From positions 58,964,001 to 59,028,000 of the forward strand of contig NC_087436.1 of NCBI RefSeq assembly GCF_036321535.1: a stretch of 64,000 nucleotides of DNA, given 5' to 3'. The translations under genes and the position numbers were made by a program. Under the pieces are notes generated by a model. The model was not told the origin of the DNA, searched no databases, and saw only the letters and a program-made list of their open reading frames with translations. Position 1 is the stretch's first letter, and each line of letters opens with the position of its first letter. Positions 37,572 to 49,200 of this stretch are shown in pieces. The stretch is from Camelus dromedarius (lineage: Eukaryota).

Positions 37572-37684
37572 TAGGGTGACCACCTATCCTGGTTTGCACT
37601 AAAGTGAATTATTTCCCAGAACACTGGAAATTTAGTGCTAAAACCAGGACAGTCCCAGGCAAACTGAGAGGGTTAGTCACCCTA
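37572..37684. mobile_element. MER81-like hAT-Blackjack MITE
   Basis: TIRs TAGGGTGAC / GTCACCCTA, 113 bp, AGTGCTAAAACCAGGACAGTCCCAGGCAAAC. Confidence 0.9.
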
Positions 37685-38349
37685 GAAATAAATGAGCAAA
37701 TTTAGAAGTAATTGTGAAAGCCACGAAAAAAAAAAATTCACCAAGCTATCTGTTAATTTCACATATATAATAACAAACATACATTAATTTTTTAGGGACT
37801 CATGAGTTCATCTTCATGTATACATGTACCTCTGTTTATATCACTTTCAAATTGTTTTCATCTGTATCCTTTTTAGCAAACTATCTGATGCACTTTGCTT
37901 CAAGATGTCTGTTACTATTAGTAATGAAGACATTAAGTAAATTTGGGGTGTTGCCAAAAGCCTTTTTTACATAGAAGTATACATCTTTCCAGACTATGTG
38001 TGTTGTCATTTGTGATCAAGAGCTTAAGTCTGTAATCCTGGTAATTAAGATATGCCCCTTGGAATTTCAAGTATTACCTACTGTTAAATAATAGTCATTA
38101 CTCTAGTCAGAAGATGAAAGCCATCTCCTTTTTGTTGGTGATATTTTCCACCAGCAATCAGTCTGAAACATAATATCCTGGACCTTGGAGGTAGTTAAGA
38201 CTTGAATGGAACACAGTCCTGGGAGTCACATCTTCTCAGGAAAGACAGTTTCTTTCTCCATTTGCAGTTAGTGGGTCCTCTTACGTTAATCAGTTTTCTA
38301 GTCACATTTAGAGCAGAGATTGCTTGAATGCCAACTGCATTTATTCTCT

Positions 38350-38610
38350 GTAAAAATCCAAATTCTTACCAAACTTTTCATGATCTAGATGCTAGCTTCC
38401 CTCTCTGACTGCATATCCTACCCATTTTCAATTCCTACTACCCATCTCATTCTGGTCACACCAGCCTCTGTGTTACAGAACATGCCAAACAGACTTCGAC
38501 CTCTGAATCTTAGTTCTTTCACACATGTGGCTGCTTCTTCCTGGAGTGCTTTACTGTAAGATACTCCCTGTATTATTCAGATGTTACCTACTAAAAGAGA
38601 CTTTTCCTTT
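38350..38610 (+). mobile_element. L2 fragment
   Basis: CACACCAGCCTC...GAACATGCCAA, TCTTCCTGGAGTGCT. Confidence 0.65.
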
Positions 38611-39089
38611 GTTAAATGGGAAAATCTTTACTGAATCTAACAAATGATTCCCTTTTGTTATCAGAACTTTAAAAGAGCAAATGGAAGTGTTTTTGCACAC
38701 ATCAGAGTTGTAAGTTTTTCTAGTAGGGTTTCTTGTTTGTTTCTTCAAATTGGCTTTCTGTTTTAGACTTTCTTTTGTGATATGTTAGTTTAGTAATATA
38801 ATATTTTTTATGTGACTGGTGACATGGCTTAATGGAAAGTATAACTTGGGGGCATTGGTCAAAAGGGGTTAAAGTTTTATCTTTTGTCTCTACGCATGTA
38901 GGCTTGGATGAACAACTGAAGCAAGTCAATGGCTCATTTGGCCTCAGTTCTCTCTGTTATGAAATAGGGATTGTAATAATATTTTATACCAATTTAAAGA
39001 AGGGAGCAAATAGAACACCTCTGGAGATTCTACCTGCTATCTTGAATTTCCTTTCCGTTTCCATTTGCCTAATTATCCTTTCTGGGCTC

Positions 39090-39573
39090 TGTGAACGAAA
39101 AATATTGCAAACCATATCAGTAAACAAAGAATGATGAAACCATCAAGTCATTAGCGGCTGCCCCCACCCCCCACCCCAGTGAAGACAAGCCTGCAGCCCA
39201 GCCTCTGCAGCCACTCACAATGGTGCACTCTGAGGGGACTCAGAATAAGAAAGGACAGGATACTGGCCCTAGATAGCTAGGTGCTTGTCAAAGGAGTGAA
39301 TTCAATGAGCCCAAATGTTTGCTTCCTCCCATACATAGAAAAGCACTAAATTCTTTAACTTGAGGTGCCTGGTTTTCTTTAGATAACAAGTAATCTTTTA
39401 TTGTTCCAACTACCTGGTCTTCATGGTAAAGCTCCTACATATCCTAGCCCCTCTCCTACCTCTTCGGAGCAGTCCCTCAGAGCCATCTGAGAGGCTGTTA
39501 TCCCGGCTCAAGTCCTCCCACCAAATAAAACATAACTCTCAACTTTTAGGCTGCGCATTTATTTCAGTTGACA
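39090..39573 (+). mobile_element. ERV solo LTR (ERV1-like)
   Basis: TG...CA ends, AAATAAAACATAACTCTCAACTTTTAGG...TTCAGTTGACA; TSD not clearly preserved. Confidence 0.8.
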
Positions 39574-40243
39574 GTTTTTGTCATGCTAAGAAAAGTAGTG
39601 GCTTGAATTTCACCAATTAATGTGAGAAGGTCGTATAAATGCTACTTTCTTATGTTTATGCTTTGATTGAAATATAATTGTAGTACAATAAAGCAAATAT
39701 TTAAAGCTTAATGTTTGATGAGTTTACACATATATATGTATATTTATATTTCATCACAATTATGATAGATATTTTCATTCCCCAAAAGGGTCAAGTCCCT
39801 TTGCAGTATATTCCTTGATCTTACCCAGGCAATCACTGGTATCTTTCTGTCACTACAGATTAATTTGCATTTTCAAAAATTAGATATAAATAGAGTCATA
39901 CATTATGTATTTTATTTTGTTTGGCTCTTTTCACACAGAATAATTATTTTGATATTGATTCATGTTGGTACGTGTTTTAACTGTTTATTTCAGTTTTAAA
40001 TTTCTGAGTAGTATTCTATTATATGAATATGCCACATTTATTTATTCATTCATGTATTGACAGAATTTTGGGTTGTTTCCATGGTTTTTTTTAACCATTA
40101 TAAACAAAGCTACTGTGAACACTAAGGTACAAATACTTGCATGGATATACACTTTCAACTCTTTAGGGGAAATAACTAGGAATGAAATGGCTGGGTCACA
40201 TCTTGACTGCATGTTTAACTTTTTAAGAATTTGCCAAACAGTT

Positions 40244-40691
40244 CAGGCATACCTTATTTTATTGCACTTTGCTTTATTGCACTTCACATATTTTGTGTTT
40301 TTTACAAATTGGAGGTTTGTGTGCATGGAGCAAGTTTACTGGCACCATTTTTCCAACAGCATTTGCTCACTTCATGTCTCACATCACATTTTGGTAATTC
40401 TCACAGTATTTCAAAGTTTTTCATTATTATTACATTTGTTATGGTGGTTTATGATCAGTGATCTTTGATGTTACTACTGTAATTGTTTTATAGTTTTATA
40501 TTTTTAAATTAAGATATATACATTGGTTTTTTAGACATAATGCTATTGCGCACTTAGTAGATTATAGTATAGTATAAGTATAACTTTAGTAGTCACTGAA
40601 AAACCAAAAAACTTGTGTGACTTGCTTATGCAATATTCCCTTTATTGTGGTGGTCTGGGATGCAGCCTGCAGCATCTCTGAGGTGTGCCTG
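40244..40691 (+). mobile_element. Tigger1-derived non-autonomous element (Tigger1a-like)
   Basis: CAGGCATACC...GAGGTGTGCCTG|TA; left arm matches 20881-21100, right arm matches 22985-23177. Confidence 0.95.
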
Positions 40692-40847
40692 TACTCCAAC
40701 GCTGTTGTATGATTTTATATTCCCATCAAGAGGGATAAAAGTAGCAGATACTGCACATGCTTGTCAACACTTTAAATGGTCAGACTTCTTAGTTAAGTCA
40801 TTCCAGTGGGTATAAGAAACATTTAATTAGCATGTCCCTATTGACTA

Positions 40848-41400
40848 GGGTTGAGAGTTCAGCTAAACTATTTCAAGGTATTGCTACTTTAGCATCCATT
40901 TTGTTTGACCAAGGAGCCTGTGGAGGCCTTAAACTGACTCTAGTCCCCTAATGCAAATGCATGCCCTAGGCAACAGCTTGTAGAAACACAAGCAAGTACT
41001 TTAAGTTCCTGACATTACTTTTACAACTGCCATTGTGATACCGTCTCCCATACCTCCAAGGACTTCCCCTTGTACACCTCTTAGATAAGACTTCCTGAAG
41101 CTTACCCAATGCTGCTCTTTTTGGTTTGAATTAACCAATCTGGTCTTAGTGGGGATCCCCAAAGCTCTCTACCCACAGACCCTAATAAAGGCAGGTGCCC
41201 TGGGTCCTGCTGCTCTCTCTGCCTGCATGGTGCCTTGCCTCCTGCTCTGGCCTCTTGAAGTGGGCTGTGTACTTCCTCCAGGACCCATGAGTAATAAACT
41301 TCTCTATTTCAATTCCCTTGCGGTCTTATTGAACCTGGACTCACAATCCAACATCCCAGGGAGCTCTGTTTGGCAAATGTTAATTTAATAAAATCACAAC
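40848..41400 (+). mobile_element. ERV solo LTR
   Basis: CATCCATTTTG, AACCAATC, CCCTAATAAAGG, GAGTAATAAACT; interrupts L1 between TTGACTA and ACGATGTTAG. Confidence 0.75.
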
Positions 41401-41415
41401 TAACGATGTTAGCTT

Positions 41416-41915
41416 CTGTACGGTCAGTCCACACAAGAGTTCTTTTCTTGCTCTTTGTGCATCCCTTGCTTCACCAGTCCCTGCTTCACCTGTACTCTAC
41501 GCACATGAATGTGTTTGTGCCCTGCCCCAGCTAGTGATTGTTCTCATCCTTAGGCCAGAACGGCTGCACCTACTAGTTTATTAAAGGAAAACATCTGCCT
41601 TCATGATGGTTGTTAACCTGAGGGGCTGTGAGAGTCCTGCCCTAGGTGTTGGTTTCCCTGGTAACTGATGAGCCAAACTGAGGTCAGATTCCCCGATAAA
41701 TGGTAGGCTTCTTCTCCCCCACTAGTGAAGATTGGTGCTCTGTCCTGCTTGCCTTCTGCTCTGCATAGCGGGGTGTAGCGCTAGGAACTTTCACTTCAGA
41801 CCTGTAAGGTTCCCTATCCAATAAACCACTAATGTCTCTGTCCCCATCTCCAGGCTCTTCAGTCTCGAAGCTGGGCAACCATGAGGCTTGCAGGCCTATG
41901 GCATACAGCCCAACC
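41416..41915 (+). mobile_element. ERV solo LTR (copy A)
   Basis: 4-bp TSD GCTT (41412-41415, 41916-41919), CCAATAAACC poly-A signal, homologous to 42014-42544. Confidence 0.85.
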
Positions 41916-42013
41916 GCTTACTTCCATATGCTTATTGTTATCAATATAGCTTCTTTGGTGAAGTGTCTGTTGAAATCGTATGTTATGTTAGGTTGTAAGA
42001 ATTGTTTATGTAG

Positions 42014-42544
42014 TTGTACCATCAGGCCACCCAAGATGGTGGTTCTCTTATTCTGTGTACATCCCCTGCTCCACCAGGCCCTTCTCCACCGGCGCCCTAC
42101 TCGCACGACTGACCTTCCCTCTGAATCGTACAGCTTAACCAATAACTGCCTGCGTGCTCGGCCCCTGCCCCAGGGGGTGATTGTTATGATACTTAGCCCA
42201 GAACGGCTCCACCTGCTAGGTTATCTAAGGGAAACCTCTGTCCCCCTGACAGTTTTTAACCCAAGGGGCTGTAAGGGATGTGCTCCTGTGCCGGTTTCCC
42301 TGGTAACTGACCAGCCAATCCCTATAACCGTTACCTCCTTCCCCTCCTGGCAGTGAAGATTGCTGCCGTGTCCTGCCTGCCTCTGTCTTATAAGGCAGGG
42401 TGTCGCTCGAGGACCTTTTGCTTTTGACTTGTAAGATCCCCTGTGCAGTAAGTTGCGGATGTTTCTGTTGCTGTCTCTGGGTTCTCTCAGGTCTCGCAGC
42501 TGGGCAACCACAAGGCTTCCAGGCCTGTGGGGTGCCGCCCAACA
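42014..42544 (+). mobile_element. ERV solo LTR (copy B, CpG-retaining)
   Basis: Shares CCAGAACGGCT, GGTTTCCCTGGTAACTGA, AGTGAAGATTG, GCTGGGCAACCA with copy A; ends CCCAACA; GTAG/ATAG flanks. Confidence 0.85.
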
Positions 42545-43409
42545 ATAGCCTATACACAAATCTTCTGTTGGTGTAAGGTAATACTTCACTCAGCGTTTGG
42601 TTTGCCCTTTTATTTTCTTAATAGAAAGTTAGTGGCGAAGGTTTCAAATTTTTTAAAGTCAAATTTAGTGATTTTTTTTCTTTTTTATGTTTTTTTGTGC
42701 TACTTTAGAAATTCTTGTTTTCATATTTTTTCCTTAAGAAACTTTAGAGGTTTAGCTCTAATGCTTAGGCCAATGATCCATTTTGATTTAATTTTTGTAA
42801 GTAATGTGAGGAATGGCTTCATGTTGTTTTATGCATGCATTTATGTTTATTTATTTACTCATTTATTCATTTGTGTGTGTAGCCATCCAGCTGCTCTAGC
42901 ATTACTTGTCAAAAAGATTATTCTTTCCCACTGATCTGTGTGGTATCCTTGTTGAAACTCAATTGACTCTGTATGTATAGGCATATTTCCAACCCTCCAT
43001 TTTGTCCCATTGGTGTATATACCTTTCTGTACACCAATAGCATCCCGTCTGCACTACTAAACCTTTTTAATATATGTTGATATCAAATAGTGTATGTCCT
43101 TCAGATTTGTTCTTTTCCACAACTGCTTTGGCTGTCATAGGTCCTTTCTATTTCCATGTATACTATCGAATAAACTCATCAATTTCTATAGTCATCTGCT
43201 GAGAGTTTTATAGTGACTGTGTTGACTCTATAGAGTGATACAGGGAAAATTTTATATTTTAATAATACTGATTATTCTGATTCATGGACATAGTATATCT
43301 TTCCACTTATTTAGATCTTTAATTTTTCTCAGTAATGTAATTTTCCATGTGTTGGACTTACTCTTTTATCAAATAAATTCTTAATGTATTATGTTTTAAT
43401 GGTATTTTT

Positions 43410-43935
43410 TCTTTTTCTTTTTTTAATAGACTTTATTTTTTAGAGCAGTTTCAGGTTTACAGCAGAATTGAGCAGAAAATGCAGAGTTCCCACATAGCCC
43501 TCCCCACCCACACATATATACTCCCCTACCTCAGCTTCCCTCATCAGTGTGGCATATTTGGTACAATTGATGAATCAACATGGGCACATTATTATCAACC
43601 AAACTATGTCCATAGTTTACATTAGGGTTCACTCTTGATGTTGTACATTCTATGGGCTTTGACAAATGCATAATGACATGTAGCCATCACTATAATATCA
43701 TACACAATAATTTCATTGCCCTAAAAATCCCTCCATCTATTCATCCCTCTCCCCAAACCCCTGGAAACCATGATCTTTTTATTGTTTCTGTAGCTGTACC
43801 TTTTCCAGAATGTCATTTGGTTATAATTGTACAATTTTTAGCTTCTTCAGACTGGCTTCTTTAATTTAGGACTATGTCTTTTAAGTTTCTTCTGTGTCTT
43901 TCATGGCTTGATAGCTCTTTTTTTTTTCACTGCAC
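43410..43935 (-). mobile_element. L1MC1-like 3' end nested in the host L1
   Basis: ATAGACTTTATTTTTTAGAGCAGTTTCAGGTTTACAGC, GTCCATAGTTTACATTAGGGTTCACTCTTG. Confidence 0.88.
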
Positions 43936-45180
43936 ATATATTTTTTAATTTACATGTATGTACTGTTCATTGTTTCTGAGAATGTTTAGAGCTTTAGCTT
44001 TTTAAACTTACATAGTTATCAAAGGAAGAAAGCCAAACAACAAAATAAAAATTAATTCAAAAAGATACATACACATGTATTTTAATGCTATTATAGCTGC
44101 TATTAATTAAAATATTATTTCTAGCTGATCATTGCTAGTATCAATAAATAGAATAAATTATTATATGTTGATTTTTACCCAGTAAACTTGCTAAACTCAA
44201 TCATTAGTTCTAGAATCTTTACGTAGATTCCTGAGGATTTTCTATATAGATAATCACGTTTCTGTGATTAGAGGTACTGGTACTTCTTCTGCCATCTGAT
44301 TGCACTTTGCCTCCCACCACCCCTTATTGCTCTGGTTAGGACAGTCATGCTTTAAAACATTTTCAACATATTAAGTTATCTTAATTTTCAATTGTTACTT
44401 CAGCTTTGAATTCTTTGGGGTAAATATACCACAAAGTCTTGATGTTTTATCATTTTCATATACTATTAGATTCAACTTATTAAAATTTGTTAAGAACTTT
44501 TATGTCTGTGTTCATGAGAGATACTGGTCTGAAGTTACCTTGGAAGGTCTTTTTTGGTTTTAGCATCAGGGAAATGTTTGCCTCACAGAATGAAATTATG
44601 TGCAGAATTGATAATATTTCTCCAGTAAATTTTTGAATAAGTTAATTATGAAACCATCAGGAATTGGCACTTTCATCAAAGACAAATGTTTAACTACAAG
44701 TAAGTTCTTCGGTGGATGTAGGGCTACTCATTTCACATATTGCTTCTTGTATGGTAATGTTGAATTTATTATCTTGAACTTTTAAATAATATTTCCTAAT
44801 TAAACTCTCAATATCTGTAAAATATAGGATGTTCATTTGTGTCCCTTCTCTCTTTCTTGTTACTGGTAAATTTTGTTTTCTCTTGGTCAGTGTGGCTAGA
44901 GAATGATCACTATGATCATTCCAAGAACTAGCTTTGCTTGCATTTATTTTTTTCTACTGTTTCTGTGTTATTTCTTTTCCTAATTCCTGCTCTTATCTCT
45001 TATTAATTTTCTTCTGCATACTTTGTTTTAAATTTGCTTTTCTTACTCTAATTTCTGAAATTAGACAATTAAGTCATTGGTTTTAACATTTATATGTGGG
45101 AATTTTCCCACATGAACACACAATTCTGATCACAGAATTCAGCTGAAGGCTTGAGGGAGATCCTCTATGGTTCTTTGATT

Positions 45181-45230
45181 TGTGTGTGTGTGTGTGTGTG
45201 TGTGTGCGCACGCACATGTGCCTGTGTGTG
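45181..45230 (+). repeat. (TG)n microsatellite with CG/CA extension
   Basis: Direct reading. Confidence 0.95.
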
Positions 45231-46060
45231 CAACTCTCTCTTCTGCAGTACTCTGCCCTGTGAATTTCACCTGCTTAGGTCCCCCCAACTCCAAACTCTG
45301 TTTCTGCAATTAGGGAGATTGCCACAATTTGTTGATTCCCCCTCCCTGCACTGCTGCCTGGAGACTCTCTAGGCAACAAGCTATGACTCATCTCATTTGC
45401 TTATGTTCTTGCAGAGATTAATTTTGTTGCCCCAGATTTGAAAAACATTGTTTCATCAATTTTGTCCATTTTTTAACTTGTTTAAGATAGTAAGATTAAT
45501 CTGGTTTCTGTTGCCCGTTTACGGCCAAAAACAGAAGTGATTACTAGCTTTTGGATATAGACATATCACCTAACATTAAGAATTTATTTTTCCCTATTTT
45601 AATTAGTGAGATGCCAAATTCATTTGGAAATGTATTACTGCCTCAATTATCACAATTATGTCATTCACTATTGATAGTAGAGCATAACTTCTACATTTCA
45701 TACCATAGAAATAACCCAAAAGATAGTAGATCTTTCAGCTATCTCTGTATAATAAGGACTTAGATCAAGATCAAAATATTTATTCAATATATTACTCCAG
45801 TGATGGTTTACATGGTGGATTGATTAGGAAAATTATTTTCATTTATTTTTAGTATTAAATAATTCCTAGTTTTACTATAACCATTTAAAAAAAATGTTCT
45901 GCCTTTAAACATGGCTGTTCATAGGACAATGGCTTAATGTTTATTTTGCTTTTGTAAAACAAATACAGCTTAACTCCTTTTGCAAGTTCACATTCTCTGT
46001 CCTCAAGATTTTACACCTCCCTTTAATAAAAAATCATACTCATTTTCATCATACACGCAG

Positions 46061-46239
46061 ATCTTTCAACTTCCAGACCTTCTGAATTCCACTGGATTGC
46101 GTGTGGCTCAATGTAGCCCACAATGCCTAAATCTGAGAACTGTTGCCTAAGGGAACAAGAGCATGATATTGACCATGGTACCTTGAAAACGACCCTGATG
46201 ACATACCAATGTAGCGTTCCAACAGTTATAGGAGGAAAG
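46061..46239 (+). pseudogene. Candidate decayed exon
   Basis: CATACACGCAG acceptor; LSTSRPSEFHWIACGSM*PTMPKSENCCLREQEHDIDHGTLKTTLMTYQCSVPTVIGGK with one stop; AAG|GTGAAT donor. Confidence 0.35.
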
Positions 46240-49200
46240 GTGAATTCACTGGTGTAAAAAAAAATCTAAGTAAATGTCAGTCCTATAGGCTGCATAAAAT
46301 GATAAATTTCTCTACATTAAAAAATAAAATGAAGTAATATTCTGTTAGTGCCATCTCATGGAGAAACCTACGGCTGCTATGCTGAAATGATCTATGATCT
46401 CCAATCTCTTATTCTTACTTATGTACTTGTATTTACGTACTCACGTACACATATAGACTCATATACATGCACACACAAAACTCTTTTTCTCAGTCACTTT
46501 TGGTGAAGAAAACAATAAAAAAAAGTATTGTGGTGTATGAATTACAAATGCTCTGATACCTAGTCATAATACTCAGATGTTTATTTATATAAAAATAAAG
46601 TTTAAATCAAAGAAGAAATAAATCCTGCATCAAAAATATTTTTCCTAATTCAGTGATGAATATGTAATTCAGTATGTGCATATTCTGTCATAGAATCATT
46701 GGATACTTAAATAGCAATGAAATGTAGTTTGAACTCAGAACCTATTTTTTTTTTATGATTTTCATGAGGTTGTAGAAATCTTCCACATTTTGGGTATGAC
46801 TGGATATTAGTGGAGAAGAAATTTCCAATATAACAGAAGTGCTAAAGGCTGTGTTCAATTTCACATCCTCTAATCACTTGGACCTGGGAGTTTATAGATC
46901 AGAGATTATAGAGAAAGCTGGATAAGAGTTCACCAGCATCAAGAAATTGAAATTCTCCTCAAATTCACATATGCTGCCCAGAATTTTTGAAGCTTCCTAG
47001 AAATTGTACTAATTCCAGATAGCACAGCAGTAATTTTCATTCACTGCAAATTCTGCTAACAACTCTGTCAGCAAACGGAGGAAATAGATTTGATCTATTT
47101 ATTCACTAAAATTAAACTACCTGGAAAGAATTTCTGAGTTACTTATAATTCCTCATAGAAATTCTAGTAGTTCTGGTTAATATATGAGTCATAGGAAAAA
47201 TATGGCATTTTCTATCTTGTTCTGAATTTACAAAAGTTAGCATTAAGAAAAGGAGATCAAAGATTTAATTGTGACCTTTTCCAGATATGATTTAGAGGTA
47301 AAAAATATCAGCATAACCAGAGTCTATTAGGTTGATCAAATACCCCGTTTTATAGAGATACTTTATGGAGCTTTTCCTTCAACTTGATGTCAACCAGACT
47401 TTATATTCATTCACTCTATGAATATAGAGTGTGCAATATAAAGGGATTGTTTTTCATAACATGCAAGAGCCACGCAGACACAAATTAAAAAAAAAAACTC
47501 ACAGAATTTTAGATATGACAGGAGCCATGACAAATATCTAGTTCAGTATCTCCAATTTTATACATGATGAAATTAAGCTCAGTTCTCATTGAAGAGATTT
47601 CTTTGATTTACCTCTTTTCTCTTTTTTCCTATTCCCCTAGCCTAAACACATTACATATTGGAATGATTATGTGTACTACTATTAGTTCAAGAAAGACATT
47701 TGCATAGTCTCAAATTTGATCTGTTCTGCTTTGAGTTTCAGTGCTACTGCTCACCACTCTATTTATATATTTGTGTGTGTTTTAAATAATTGGCATTAGT
47801 TTCTTAGTGTGTAACATTCCTCATCAAAAATCATGCAAACTTTCTTGAATAAATTTATTCTAAAATTTTAATTTATTTATAATCCATATACAGCTATCAT
47901 AGGGTATATATTGTATTATAGATTAGATAGAAATCTCAACTGTGTCAGGATGCAAACAAAAATGCCCCTATTTTACTCAAGATAAGTTGCTATTGTCTAG
48001 GTTTGGGCACATTTTCAAATGGTGCCATAAATAATAATTACTTGATCACACACTCCGATCAGTAGGATGAGTTCAGAGCTCACACTACCTGCTGCAATCT
48101 ACCCCTCAAGATAAGAATCATTAACATTAGTAAAGAATGATATGGAACCATGAAAATCACAGTTGATCCACCATAATATGGAGTAGACCTTTGACAGAAA
48201 GGAGAAAAGTCATTATAATGGATACTAAGCAGAGCTATTCCATTTTCTTCCTATGACCTTTGAGTTTCATGTTTTCTCTTTTTACATTTCCATAGGGCTT
48301 GAAAGATGAGACCCAGAGATACTGTACCCATGGAAATTGCCATCCCCCTACAATGTCAAATAGGAATCAAGTTGGGGATCATGGAAAAGGAATCATAAAG
48401 CAGGCAACTTACGTCTTCCTTCAGTCTAGACCATGTGTAAAAGGAGCATAAGAACTATCCCTCATAGTAATTGATAGGGAAGGCTCTGAAATGAACCATT
48501 AAAAATGGAGATTTTTATATACAACGGGAGACAACTTCTAAATTGTTTTATATACAATAAAAATGACAGCTTATTTTATTGTGATCAAAATAAAAAAAAA
48601 CTAATTGGGTCAGAGGACTTAACTTCTTATGATGTAGTTTTACAGAAAAAAAAAAACAAAGAAATTGTGCAGTGATAACTTCCTATTTGACGGTAACTGA
48701 GAGAATTAAACAATCTGTAAAGAGGTGACAGCTGTATTTAAGTGACCAATCCTGAGTGGGTATTGTTAAGACTCCTCCTTGAAAAAGTGGTGCCCAAGTA
48801 AGGACTGGTCTTGTTTGGGTGTGTCTTTCATTACCCACACTTAAAGCCAGTTGATTAGAGAGGGCAAAAGTAAATTTCATTTTAGCAATTGATAAAATCA
48901 ATCTCAATTTTACTCCATTGTGCTTATTGGACTCCATAGAATATTTTCTTTTATCTTCAAATCATTTGATGTAACATGTTTTTAGTGTTTCACATAGTGC
49001 CATTCCCTTGCTATTTTCCTTTCTTATAATAACTGATAAGCTCACAGTTTTCTCTATGGCCATGAACTAGAGCTACCATCCATTGAGACAATTACAACCT
49101 TTCACATAAGTCTTGCCTAGTTCATTGTTTTCTATTAAATAATAATGTTTCAGAATCTTATGTCTGTACAAGGAGGAAAAATATGAGAGTTAACATTGTT

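Larger units (their letters stand above)
39660..45540 (-). mobile_element. Old L1 (L1MB/MC-like) host element fragmented by many insertions
   Basis: Collinear minus-strand L1 pieces at 39660-40243, 40694-40845, 41920-42010, 42545-43410, 44100-45100; 45100-45540 probably a 5' region. Confidence 0.8.

Noticed and set aside
41416..42544. Two LTRs of a single miniature provirus
   Set aside because: Spacer is collinear host L1 with no PBS/PPT, the copies are clearly diverged, and each has its own flanking 4-mer.
41832..42934. Longest ORFs (174, 122, 110, 135 aa) as novel proteins
   Set aside because: They run across LTR/L1 junctions in GC-richer repeat sequence and have no recognisable protein features.
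48413..48484. Minus-strand exon (GTAAGT donor, TTTCAG acceptor on the reverse complement)
   Set aside because: Isolated, no partner exons found, and overlaps a + strand candidate; not supportable.
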